Part shown: positions 15,701 to 27,480 of the stretch, piece by piece | How positions within the stretch are numbered: position 1 is the stretch's first letter | How the letters are laid out: the number at the start of each line of letters is the position of its first letter | Origin: Azolla caroliniana | Lineage: Eukaryota; Plantae; Polypodiophyta | DNA: 64,000 nucleotides | NCBI GenBank assembly: GCA_043228905.1 | Contig: JBHGNT010000008.1 | Location: 15,686,001-15,750,000 of the forward strand | Direction of reading: 5' to 3' | Position numbers and translations under genes: made by a program | Notes under the pieces: generated by a model | Told to the model about the DNA's origin: nothing | The model's input: the letters and a program-made list of their open reading frames with translations, nothing else | The model's database searches: none

Positions 15701-18700
15701 ATGATAATTCTCCTGCTGTTCTAGAAATTATCAAATTGTTTGGAAGTGAACTCTCGCCACTGTCACAGAGAAACCACATTTGGACTATTCATAGTGTTAA
15801 TTGTAACTTTCCAATACCAAAAAGTATTAAACACATACACATAGTGTAAACGATGAGTGGACACAATTAGCATTATAAAGCATTATCAAAGTAAACTGCT
15901 CTTATATATCAATATCAATATATATAAATATGCAAGTGTGTATATATGTATGTATGTGTCTGAGAGAAGAAAACAAACTTACTGGTTCACTCTCTCCCGT
16001 CATGCTAGATTCATCCACAACTAATGAGTTGCCTACCAGCAACAGACCGTCACCGGGAATCTAGATTCAAATTTCTTAATAAGATACATTATTCAAATGC
16101 ATATATAATGTAAGAAAAATCTCCACAACAGAATGAAAAAGAAAAATCATTTACTTGGTCCCCAACCGCAAGATGAACAATATCACCGACAACAAGCTCG
16201 AATATGATTATCTTCATTCTTTTTCCTCCTCTTGTAACCTGGAAATTTAATAGTGAATACTCCAGCCTCCCAATGAAATTAAATAAGTAGAATCAGACAT
16301 TAGTACAAGAATTTTTATCAGAATAATTTGTCTATACAACTTTATCTTACCAAGGGCTGTACAAGTATGGCATTGACCACAACATTCTAAAGGAGTTACA
16401 ATAGATCCGCAAGTAGCAATTCATGATGCACGTAGTCCACATCCATCTGAACCCATCCCCCTGCCACCCTTGTTAGTGACAAATCCAGGAAATTACCACC
16501 TGATTCTGAAGGTGCTTCTTCTATCCAGAGACACCAAGCATATGGTAATCCACTTTCAAGAGAAACGGTACACAAATGGGAGTGGACTTGTAGGCAACAA
16601 ACACCACAGAGCAAAAAAGGTAGCCCTAAGAAGACATGGTAAAGGTAGCTATTGGCAGATTGTGAACAAAACAGCTTTTATTTACTGTTTGGATTTAGAG
16701 AGTTATGTCTTAAAAGGCTTGGCCAACCTAGACAAGAGTTTATTTCTTACATGTGGAAAAATCATAGATGTAATCAGAGGTTTTATGATTCATTCATCAA
16801 CTTCTTCCGAAAAACTTCATAAAACAATGATGTAAACCATTTGCATAGAATGTCACATTGAAATGAGTATATTTAACATAATCCAAACCACTATTGAATA
16901 TTTATAACATTGCATTAAGATATTACACAAATATCTTAAGAATTCTAATATGAACATGCTACCTTCAACAATGTATCTAAAATTACTGACCATCTCATTC
17001 AAACATGTTAAGAATCAAGCTCAACTTGTGAGAACGTGTGCTTATGGAGAATAGTACGATGTGTGAAAAAGTGCATGAGCACACTTTAATGTAATCCGTG
17101 TGATAGGTACAAGAAGAACTAGATTGTAATATGTAGTTGGTTGTCAGGTGTAAATGTGGTCAAAGAATATTAGATACTCTTATGACAGAATCGTACTCGA
17201 GTGAATGTCTATGAGTAGACTCCACCAACAACATTTAATGTGGCAATCCCTTGAGGACTTATATATAAAACCCACTTGGCCCACTGTGTTTGTTGATGTA
17301 GTTTTCTTTTAACTGTATAAGCTTTGTCATCCCCCTACTGTGTATTTTATTATTTCTGGTTATTTCCTCTGATTCCTTCTCTTGCTTACACACCCACTCT
17401 CACACAGGCACTATGTTTCTGCATACCCCAACTCTATGAGAGTTAGATTCTTTACAAACATTATTATGCAGAAAATGGTAAAGCATTTCTTTATATTAAC
17501 AGAAAATGAGATTTAGAAAAGTATTTCTCACATTGACCATAATTTTCTGGTTCTCTGCAGTCAAGGCACGAAACTGCAACGACTGCCTGTAGTTACTTGT
17601 GGCTGCATATGGAAGAAACAAAAGGCTATTTGACTTTAAGAATCAAATAATACAGCTATTTCATAAATTCCAGAAAACAAAAACATAGGTTACTTACAAG
17701 ACACAAGTAATACAAGTATAATTGCAAATGACACACCACCTCCATCATACCAGCCTTCTTTTGGATCCTGTTATAGAGGGTTTGTGTAAACTGATTCAGC
17801 GAGATGATGCAAAAAAGAGAAAGATCTTATTCTTTTTATTAGTTCTTTCAAATAAGGAGCTATGATTACATGTAAACCTTATTGGAATATAGCCATATCT
17901 GCAAAGACAACATGATTACATACAATAACTAGTTCCATAACATATAACCTTGAAAATAGCAAGGATTTTCCATCTAATTCTTGGTCTTGGATATTACATC
18001 CTCTATCAAGTGTAGGAAAATATCCTCAAAGTTCTTCGATATATAATGGTTAGTACGATAAGTTTAGTTGCATTTATTTTGGTTTGCTGCTCTCATAGAT
18101 GAGAAAACATTGTCAGAGATAGTAATCTCTTGTTTGGACTCATTGGCCTTTTGATCTCTTAAAAGACGTTAATATAGCTTTCTTTTTTTCTTTCCAGTTG
18201 TGAATTTCTGATGTATATTCAAAATCAATTGGACTAAATGCTGCTCTTTCAAGACTCGTGCCTATAGCAACAGTTCTTGACAGGAATATCCATTTACAGA
18301 ATTTATTTTGTTATACAAACATCAGTTTAACTTTAAAATATCTAAATACCCATTTCATTTTCAAGGAATGCCCTAAACATTCTATTATATCTTTCAGGAC
18401 GTTGGTTTTTCAAAATCTCTCAAGAAACGCCTTGGATTCATAAATAAGAAGCTCATAGAATTCACTTACTAACATTTCAGGTTTTCAGTTTCAGATATTT
18501 CAAAGTGTGTGCAGAAAAGAAAAAGGAAGAAGAAAAGAAGAGGAGAAACATATTTTTCTCATCACCTCAGTAGTCAACCCAACAACCAATGATACTGCTG
18601 CACAGGCTGCCAATATCAAGAGAGTGGGATCTTGAAGAGCTTCAACTACATATCTCTGCAGAGATTTGGAAAATCCAAGGATTAAGTAAGTTTCGTACTG

Positions 18701-21600
18701 CATGTACAAATAGAAAATGCACCAAAAGAAAGATAAATTAACAAAATTATGAGACTGAATGAGAGATTACATCTTAAAATGCTGTTTCATCTCTGAGACC
18801 AAACCAAAATAAATCAATAAAACTAAATAGAAGGTACCAAAGGTTAGAGTCAGCGTGGTACATCACGTTTTCAGAGCAGGTGACAGTCAACGCGACAGGA
18901 CACATTTTCAGAGCAGGAAACCGTCAGCGCAAAGGTCATGTTTTCAGCACGTGTGACAGTCAGCGCAACAGGACACGTTTTCAGCTCAAGCGACAGTCAA
19001 CATGGTAGGTCACATTTTCTGAACAGGTGGCGGTTAGCCAAGTTCACTATAAGAATTAGACGAGCAGTGTGCTGCAGGTCATCACGTATTGCCCACGCAG
19101 GTTCTCTGCAAGCAAGTCCCTTACACATTGACAAGAGTTTGAGAGGTTTGGACCTGCACTTGCTTAAATTTTGGGTCCTTTTCCTTTGGCTATAAATTAT
19201 GGCTGGCAAAGCCAATCAAGGTCAAAGGAGTAAAGCCTACAAATATGGATCAGGATGACTAGGAGGAGTTGAACATGCAAGGCTTGCATGTTCAACTATT
19301 GAGTGATCAGTCTCTAATGCCTTGCTGTTTAACATCGAAGGTTAGGACTCTGCCGTTGCAATCTAGACTAGACTCCAAGAATTGTATACCTAAAAAAGTG
19401 CAACTAGCAAAGTTTATTGGCTAAAAACGTTTATGGATTTGTGCATGACAAAAGGCACATGTACCCATGTCAACACACTTGAGTGAGTTTAATTCTATTG
19501 TTAGCCAGTTGGTTTCCTTGAAATTCGTCACAGATGATAAGTTTAAGACTACACTTTATACTTGCACTTTACAAAAGAGCTGGGATATCTTTTGGACTGC
19601 CATGAGCTAGTCAAATGGTTGTTTTTCTATGCTGATGTAGAGAGTTCCCTACTCATGGAAGAGATAAATCGGCAAAACAATGCATCCAATAAATTCACAA
19701 GTGCTTTGCATAGTGGGGGCAGGTCACAACATAGGCAAATGTGATAGCCAAGGCCGTCATGAATCACATGTTTAAGATGTTGAAGGCCATCATTGTGGCA
19801 AGAAGGGTCACTTTAAACGTGACTGCTACAAATGGAAGAAAGAGAAAAGGAAAGGCAAGAAGACAGATGAAAGAGAGCCAACCTAAGAAGAGCTGAATGT
19901 AGTCACTCATGACATGACATTCTCATCGTCTATTCATACTATAATGCACATGCTTTACTTGCAGATACGAATGGTGACATGCGCACTTGGATTCTCAATT
20001 CAGGTGCTCCTTTTCAAGTCACCCCTCCATCGTAAGTGGTTTTCTGAATACACGGGGGATCAAGATGGTGTCATCCATCTTGAGACAACTATACATGTGA
20101 CATTGCGGGTATTAGCACTGTGAATTTGCAGTTTCAGTATGATTCTGTCTTCACACTTCAGCATGTACATCATATACCTCAGCTCAAGAAGAACTTTAGC
20201 ACAAGGCAGCTAGATGATGATAGATTTCACCACCTTTGGTGATGGGAAATGGAAGATCTGTAATTGATGTAGAGTTATTGCCAGGGGTTGTAAAAATGGT
20301 ACTTTGTATCCCCTCCATGTATCTACTGTGTGTGACCATGTTGTTGGTAATTGGATACATGAGTCAAACTGGAATGGAAGTGCTTTCTCAATTAGGTTAT
20401 TTGCTTTGTCTTTGTTATGCTGAATTTGCGCATTGTGATCATTGTGTTTATGGAAACCTACATATAGCCCTATTAAAGATGTATGCAAGAAGCGAGACCA
20501 TGATGTCATGGGCATATATGAAGTGCTAACCAATCAATTCATTCTGAACTTGAGCATTTCCAAATTGTATCCAATCAATGGCATTTCTCACCTTCTGTGG
20601 AGTAAAAAAAAGTGGATTCACGTGGGTGGTGCGAACCATGCGGGGCTGCTGAAGAATTACATAGGGAACCTTTGCACATTCATGCCAAGCCTGAGGAGAG
20701 GTCAGTTGTGTGCTGGGTTTCTTCTCATTAAAAGAAATCCATCCCAAATCCATGCTCTTTTACTTTCTTGTTCTAGGAACACTACTTTTGACCTGTAAGC
20801 TGTATCTTACATGAAATGTCTAATAAATTTGATAATGGTGATGGTTGCCTAAGGTAGGGCAGGGCCATGCTCATGTTCAATTGTGTCAATTAGTTGTTAG
20901 CGGTTTGTTATAAAGATGGGACGCATCAAGTTTCAGTGCCTGAAATTTGGAAAAATGTTGGAGGAACCTGGTTTGGGGCAGATAAGATTTCCTATATCCA
21001 GGACTAGAATTTAGGAATGCATTAAAATAATGCCTAAAATCCATGTTATCGACTTAATCAAGAGAAATATAATAAAGGATTTAAGATGGCACAAGACATA
21101 CCCAAAAAGGCTTGAGTTTGCTAACTGGATATGTATTTTCACCAAATTGTTGAGCTCTAGCAATCAAGTCCTCTAAAGTGGCATCTATTCCTTTTTTTGG
21201 ATCAACCTTCAGAGTCTTTGCAATACCTTCAACCCCTCCAAATTTTGTAAGATTTTCCGCATTATTATCAAATTTTCCTATGTCTTCAATAGTTATGCCA
21301 AACGTCCTTCCAGGTCGTACATTAGCTTCAAATCCAGACCCCATTGTATTTGAGGGTGCCGTGCCTAGTAAAAGAAAATGCAATCCAGTCAGTATGAATT
21401 GATGTGTTATTTGAAATTATGAACAAGAAAAACCAATCCTTTCACAGCCCAGATAAGAATCATTGAGTTCTAATTCACAAGAATTTGCTTGTAGATTCCA
21501 AATATCAAGCATTACCATGAACCGAAACATCAACAGGCTGATTTCCAACCCTTGTCTTGTTCCCCTGACTTGATGTTTCCGCTCTACTTCTTAGTGAATC
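779..21600 (-). CDS. ACA: Plant P2B-type calcium-transporting ATPase (ACA), multi-exon; 3' end lies left of the window
   Basis: Hand-spliced GT-AG exons in consistent phase: 21600-21516, 21364-21102, 18655-18566, 17767-17698, 17602-17532, 16238-16155, 16060-15983, 12298-12227, 11578-11412, 10918-10843, 8063-8008, 6668-6626, 6543-6460, 4522-4439, 4330-4277, 2879-2817, 2460-2365, 2268-2155, 2055-1825, 1683-1534, 895-779. Motifs: [32 protein letters not shown] (phospho-Asp), [21 protein letters not shown]. Start codon uncertain. Confidence 0.95.
2947..3010 (-). repeat. Dispersed LINE 3'-end-like repeat (one copy shown); others near 3339-3811 (split by solo LTR), 7830-7895, 8165-8227, 14505-14572, 18120-18180, 58240-58295
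   Basis: Recurrent motif AGATATATTAAYRTCTTTTAAGAGGCCAAAATGGCC...AAGAGATTACATCTT in both orientations, next to (TTTC)n-like tails and LINE remnants. Confidence 0.6.
3383..3788 (+). mobile_element. Solo LTR of the copia family at 37450-42419
   Basis: TGTTGAGAATCAAGCTC...TTCTTTACA ends; 5-bp TSD ATTCC (3378-3382, 3789-3793); similar to the reverse complement of the LTRs at 37450-37929 and 41938-42419. Confidence 0.9.
4650..5830 (+). mobile_element. Degenerate LINE reverse-transcriptase fragment
   Basis: Remnants resembling QAGF...DH and CCFVDF (4855-4950) and N..KTKV; many stops and frameshifts; boundaries approximate. Confidence 0.55.
6830..7900 (+). mobile_element. Degenerate LINE fragment (AP-endonuclease part plus 3' end)
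   Basis: [23 protein letters not shown] and [11 protein letters not shown] match the LINE at 12639-12974; ends in the LINE 3'-end repeat at ~7830-7895. Confidence 0.65.
8400..10620 (+). mobile_element. Degenerate LINE ORF2 (RT) fragment
   Basis: FVDF..AVD-like segment (9350-9380), [10 protein letters not shown] (9525-9555), YAEDVVL (9657-9680); heavily disrupted; boundaries approximate. Confidence 0.65.
12480..14480 (-). mobile_element. LINE 5' portion (5'UTR with short tandem repeats, ORF1 remnant, AP-endonuclease), 3'-truncated
   Basis: Coiled-coil-like ORF1 pieces with [10 protein letters not shown] (13102-14240); APE motif [11 protein letters not shown] (12639-12974); ~24-bp repeats GCAGAGGATCAGACATTGCAGAAA at 14340-14410. 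Confidence 0.75.
17006..17456 (+). mobile_element. Solo LTR, same copia family as 3383-3788
   Basis: TGTTAAGAATCAAGCTC...TTCTTTACA ends; flanking AACA duplication (17002-17005, 17457-17460). Confidence 0.85.
18850..20500 (+). mobile_element. Degenerate Ty1/copia gag-protease remnant preceded by ~36-bp tandem repeats
   Basis: Zinc knuckle-like [12 protein letters not shown] (~19795-19830); WILNSGA.FQVTP protease-like segment (~19988-20025); CAGCGC..AGGACACGTTTTCAG repeats at 18850-19020. Confidence 0.65.
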
Positions 21601-22554
21601 CTGCAGCACAATAGTTCCAAAGCATGATAAGCCATTTCATATTGAATATTACGAATATATGCACATATGAACAGTACGATAAAACAATACCGCAGAGTCA
21701 TGATCAAATAGCATCTTGCAAATCCTTTATAATATGGCTTCTTCCAAATTTACTGAATCATTATGTAAATAGTTCTGGCAAGGTAACAATATTTGTCAGA
21801 ACTACAGTAGGTGTAGAACCAACAGAATGGAATTTGGTGCAATGATTATCATATAGAAATCATGTTGAACATCGCCCCATGAAATCACCATCATTGACTA
21901 AAGAAATCATGTTTCTCGGCATGCTGCTCATAACATTAAAGTGAGATAATACCAATAATAAGCACACAGGACATCTCCTGAATATCCAAAAATCTCTTTA
22001 AATCGAGTATGCAGCTCAAAAAATCAATGAATAAAGCGAGATTTATGGTCACAAATCAAAGGAGCATGATTTGCATGCAAATACCTCTTCCCAAATCCAC
22101 AAATCTTCATAAAATTTAGGCGTCAAGAGGGACGGGGTTGGGGGGAGCAATAATGCATGAACCTTGTTTTCTTCTCATAGTATACAAAAATAATTTCTCG
22201 AATACCTGAACCTGAAAGCACGGAGAGGGGGAGGGATAAGGCACTCACCTGTGTGCATTAGGGTTTCCGATAAGATGTTCGCAAAACTCAGGTATTGCAA
22301 AACATCCTGTGCTAACCCTAGGAAAAGGTAATCCTTCAAAGGCGGGTGGGGGAGGGGGGGGTTGAAGGTATGCAGAAACCCTAGAATCGATCTCTGCACA
22401 CGAGCGTTTCTCTGGCTAGAAAACCCTGCCTTCACGTGAAACCGTGGGATTCATTTTCTCTATCAACTGCCCACCCGTTTGAGAGGATCCTGCGGAGTGT
22501 TCACACCTGTCCGCCCATCCCATCCCATCCCATCCCATCAATCATCGCGTTGTT

Positions 22555-23080
22555 TATCACTCCCAGTGAGTGCCCTTCCACTGCCATCGATTCGATTTAA
22601 AGCTCTGTTATTGACGGCACCATGAAATGGCGGTATCAAGAGTAGCACTTCGATCACGTCCGAAGTAGAGTACATTCTGCGGGCCCCTTGGTGTCCATAC
22701 CAGTGTGTGAAATGGCCTCTATCGCGACTCACTTTTGCAAGAGAAGTATATAACATTCACTTCTGTGACTCTTCTTGAACTGCTTCTTCAAGTCTTGGTA
22801 CTCTAGGTTAAAGCTACAATAAGTTGTCTATCACTCCCGACGCCCTTCCACTGCCATCAATTTAAAGCTTTGTTATTAACGGCACGGTGAAATGGGAGGC
22901 ATAGAAAGATCATTCAAAAGTACAGTACATTTTTGGGCCCCTGGTGTCTGTACTAGTGTGTGAAATGGCCTCTGCCACGACTCACTTTTGCTAGAGAAGT
23001 ATATAATACTCACTTCTGTGACACTTCTCGAACTGCTTCTTCACGTTTCGGTACTTTAGTTTAAAGCTACAATAAGTTGT
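22555..23080. repeat. Tandem duplication of a ~250-275-bp unit upstream of the ACA gene
   Basis: TATCACTCCC...CCCTTCCACTGCCATC...AGCTACAATAAGTTGTC occurs twice (22555-22828, 22829-23080) with small indels. Confidence 0.8.
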
Positions 23081-24057
23081 CCCCACTCTAAGATTCGCTC
23101 AAACTTTCAAGCAATTAAAATGTGTTTTAGTTATGTTGTGGCTGAATAATTGTTTCTTATTTATATTAATATTTTGGATGGTGATGATCGAGAGAATAAG
23201 TTTAAGAGATAACATGATCATTAGAAGTATTGTGTTTGCGTGGGAGTGAGGAATTAGAAAAATAGAAGCACAAAGGAGAGCGAATAAAACACTGGGTCAT
23301 TTGAAACAAGTAATATGTCGTATTCTCTTTTGCCATAGTTGGTGAGATGCAGAAAAGTACCCTAATTTAGCATGATTTCGAAAATGTACAATGCAAGCGT
23401 ACCTATTTTGCGAATGGATGGTGAAATATAGAACCAAATTAAATCCAAGCATTTGGTGAATTGTATACGTCTTGTTTTCGTGTCAATTTGTATATCCTGG
23501 AGTACAATTGAATACTAGGTTGAATATTAAACATCTTTATTTGGTATCCATATTCTTGTAGAGTAAAACTACATAAACCCTAAATGTTAATATGTGGTTT
23601 AGGGTTGAGGAAAAAAGTAGTCTAGTCCCCCAATGGTTGGACGGGTACATCAATAGTTTCGTTGTATAATGTCATATAATCCATCACAATGTAATTGGTA
23701 AGAGTAACAATTATGTACCACGTTCATTTATACTATTTGAAACCAACAGACTTGGAACATAGCTAACTGAAAACCTTTTATTATCAAGAACATTCACAAG
23801 TTCATGTATATAATCATGCTAGGAGAAATGAGAAAGTATAATATCATGTTAATACCCCAAACTGGAGAAGAGCACGGTGACAAATCATATGTATATACAA
23901 ATTACAGTTCAAAAAATGATTAAAAAGTGAAATTATGAACGGGTGAATAAAATTAAATGGTAAACGATTGCTTTTGTTCTCATATACAAAAACAATATCA
24001 AGTCAAGGTATACATTATGCCTCAAAAATCCTCAAAGTATACATTATGCCATCTAAA

Positions 24058-25516
24058 TCAATCTATAAGCAAATCTGGCACACTAGGCTCTTTAGGCGCT
24101 AATTGTTCTAGACTATTCTCGTTTGTGTCATCTCCACGCTCTCCTGAATCTGATGTATGTTCAAATTGTGTTACATCTTCTAGGTTCACAAGCTCCCCTG
24201 CTTCTTCATCAATAGGTTCCATTGGTTCTCGTGAAGTCATTTGGAACATCTCTGTCTCATTGATGTGCTTAGCTCCGACTTCTTGATCTTGATCTGGACA
24301 ATCCCAAGTTCCAGTGGTCCTCATTTTGATGAAGTTAACTTGTGCAAGGTCCTTCTCCAACGCAACATAGTTTCGAAACATCTTCAATGCACAAGTTGTT
24401 GTAGTACCTAATGGCTGCATGAACACGAACAAGTATATATAAGAATTAAATTCTTAAACTTGATCGACAGACATCAAAGTAAATATATTTTATATACCTG
24501 TGCCAGAGAACAAGTCTAGGACCCAATCATCTGGATTTGAGAAGAGCTCTAGGAGGCGGTTGATCAATCTTTGAGGTTTTTGATAAGGATTCATCGTACT
24601 CTTATCACCTGAAACATGCCTTAATTTTTTTGTGACAGTTGGGCACATGACATAATTTACCACGTTACGCTCATTGACATGTGCTCTAGCCGTCTTCTTT
24701 GTTATTGAATCATAGTAACCCAAACAAAAATGTTCGACCACACTAACCATTCGATCGCCAAGGCTACATGTAATATTTGTTTTAATCCTACAGAGAAATA
24801 AAATCACATTTTAGAGGTATGAATGTCAACATATAATAACAAGTATCATAATGATTAAAAACAAACTGTGACACACCAATGCATGTGTTCAGTGGCATGA
24901 CAACGTGACTTTAGAGCTGTTGTGACTGACAGTGATTGCCCCATGCTATGGAATATGATTATCCTCCACAAGGGGGCCAATTTCAATTCGGCGAAATCCT
25001 TTACCATCTTCTCGATTTGGGGGTACTTGAAAGGCACATCATCATATGTTGATCCCGCAATTCGGAATCCATATGGTATGTCGGCTATCAGCAAAGTGTA
25101 GTGCCTTCTCCGTAACAGATCGAGCATTTGTGATACTTCCCCATTAAATACACTATAATGTAATTGTTTATAAGTATCAGACCTATGCACAAAACTCTTC
25201 ACAGTCTCCGAATCCTTAGGCAGTTCCATCTCTTTCCCTTTGGTCATTCTCTTCTCATACTTTGCACGTTCTAAGTGTGTGATAAAGGCAGTTGGAATAC
25301 CATCATTATTGTCGTTGGTCTTTTTTTATTTCGATGGTTTCTGCAAGTGTCAATGTTGTTAGGAGAGAACATTAGCTTTCAATGTATTAACATTCAAATG
25401 ACACATACCCATTCTCTAAAAACAATAAAATATTCCTCCAATGCCTTGTGGGAAGAAGTTATCGGGCAGGCTTGCTCCACTTCTTCCCATGTCGGTAAAC
25501 TCAATTTTTGCATCAT
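24058..25516 (-). CDS. Spliced beta-class amino (N6-adenine/N4-cytosine) DNA methyltransferase, N6_N4_Mtase-like; possibly 5'-truncated or pseudogenised
   Basis: Exons 25516-25409, 25340-24877, 24787-24498, 24407-24058 with GT-AG introns of 68, 89 and 90 nt. Beta-order motifs: LLIADIPYG (motif IV, DIPY at 25082-25071); HMHW|IKTN...VVEHFCLGY (W split by an intron); NPYQKPQRLINRLLELFSNPDDWVLDLFSGTG|TTTTCALKMFRNYVALEKD (motifs X-I-II, SAM binding); acidic C-terminal tail. Open for 336 aa from the ATG at 25247; in-frame TAA at 25328-25326 upstream of that ATG. Confidence 0.85.
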
Positions 25517-25904
25517 CAACCTGAATCTTCATGTATATCTTGTGATTATACAATAAATATGAAATTAAAAATTAAAAATCAATAATAATAGAGGGTGAAA
25601 GCAAGCTACGATGTACTAACTTTTGGGCAAAATTTTAGTACTATTTCAATTAAGAGAATAAACACTATAATTTATAATAAATCCAATAAACGTGACTAAA
25701 AAGTTTATCATCACCTATTAAAAAAATAAAAGTCACATTCAATGGGTTCAAAATTTAAAAGAATAATAAATTCACACATCCTTCTAGTGTTATGTCTCTG
25801 TCCAAGTGTCCCTTGTGTAATAAAATCCAGTTGAGGTTGAAGGTGCATATGTCGAGGTAAACTTATATAGAGTCTTTAATTATTGAAGGTGAGTGAGTGA
25901 GTGA

Positions 25905-26070
25905 GTCTCTCTCTCTCTCTCTCTCTCCTTCTCCTACCTCACGTAAGTGGATGTTGAAGTTACTCTCTTTCTCTCTCTCTCTCTCTCAGACTTCTATCTG
26001 TCTCTCTCTCTGTCTGTCTCTGTCTGTCTCTCTGTCTGTCTCTCTTTGTCAGATCTCCCTCTCTCTCAGA
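25905..26070. repeat. (CT)n/(CTGT)n microsatellite tract
   Basis: Directly visible CT and CTGT runs. Confidence 0.9.
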
Positions 26071-26639
26071 TCTGTCTTTGCTTCTCCTGCATTCACAAGT
26101 GTTCAAGTTGTGGTGACGCTTCAGACCGTCTACACCTCCAGCCAACCATGTTTTGTGTTCTCTTTGACTCTTCTGCAACTCAAGGCGCTCTGTGCTCACT
26201 CTATCCCCTTTTCTCACTATGTCGCCACCATCTCTGCTCGTTGGTGGTTGTTGTGTCACATCATCCAGAGCAAACAAGTGTTCTCTGCTCTTTGTTGTTG
26301 TTGTGAGCCATCTGCAGTGAACATGCATTCTCTGCTCTTTGTTATTATTGTGACCCCTCTACAGTGTATAAGGCATTCTTTGCTGACTCTATCCCCTCTG
26401 CTCGTTGTGTTCATACCATCTCTACTCGATGTCCTTGTTATGACCCCTCTACAACAAACTTGCATCAACCTCTTCAAACGACACAACATCTAGGTCTCCT
26501 CCTATTGTAGGTTTTGCTGCATGATCTACAACAAGTTATTGGCAAATAACTTGTAACTCTACCACATATTCATTGAGAAGCTTCAACTTTTTGGGAAGAG
26601 GTATATTCTTGTTGATGTTTGTAAATGTTCTTGTTATGT

Positions 26640-27480
26640 CTGGTTTTTCAAATGTGTTCATTTGAGAGTCTTGTATAGAAATATGCTTGAGTCTTGTACA
26701 CGCTCATTATGGTAACGGGGTGCTATGATTATGTGATGTTATTTATATATTATCTTCCTCAACATGTTCTTGTTGAGCATGTTTGTTGGTGTTCCTGTTC
26801 TTCATTTATCTTGTTTTTCAAAAGCGTTCATTTGAGAGTCTTGTACAGAAATATGCTTGAGTCTTGTACATGTTCATATATGGTAAGGGGGCATTATGAT
26901 GATATGATATTATTTATATGTTATCTTCCTCAACGTGTTCTTGTTGAGTATGTTTGTCGTCTTGTTTTTCAAATGTGTTCGTTTGAGAGTCTTGTAACAT
27001 GTATATGGTTGAGTCTAGTACATGTTCACATATGGAAAGGGGTGCTATGATGATATGGTCCTATGTATATGTTATGTTCCTCAACATGTTCTTGTTGAGT
27101 ATTTTTGGTGATTTTCTTGCTCTTGTTCTATCTATTGTTCTTGTTCTTGTTCATCTTGTTCTTGTTTTTTCCAGTGTTCATCCAAGAGCTGAGATATGAA
27201 TCTTGCACTTGTTACGGCTTGGAAATGGCATGTCCAAGAAGTGCTTTGTTCTTGATCTGGACTACTATGTCATGTTGTTGTTCTTATTGTTCATGTTGTT
27301 GCAATTATTGTTTTTTCTCTCTCAATGTTCATTTGTGAGTCGAGATTTAGTAATTCTATGATGACATATATATGATTTGTTATTTTTGGACCTGACTATT
27401 ATGTCATGTTCTTGTTGTTGTTGGTGGTGGTGTTATTGTTTTTGTGTAGTGTTCGTTTAAGGGTCGAGATATGCTTGAAT
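26640..27480. repeat. Degenerate tandem repeat, ~150-200-bp units
   Basis: GTTCATTTGAGAGTCTTGTA..GAAATATGCTTGAGTCTTGTACA...TTCCTCAACATGTTCTTGTTGAG recurs at ~26657, 26827 and 26977, with more diverged copies to ~27480. Confidence 0.7.

Noticed and set aside
23575-23626. Telomere-like AACCCTAAA/TTTAGGGTT inverted pair followed by CTAG, as a Helitron 3' end or telomeric remnant
   Set aside because: Single motif copies, a large loop, and no Helitron 5' end or RepHel ORF; compatible with chance or telo-boxes.
24058-25516. Bacterial contamination or a complete restriction-modification system
   Set aside because: The gene has spliceosomal introns and is embedded in plant TEs; no cognate endonuclease ORF is visible.
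25897-26493. ORFs of 119-198 aa across the CT tract
   Set aside because: Low-complexity translations of microsatellite (SLSLS, ERERE) with no domain signal.
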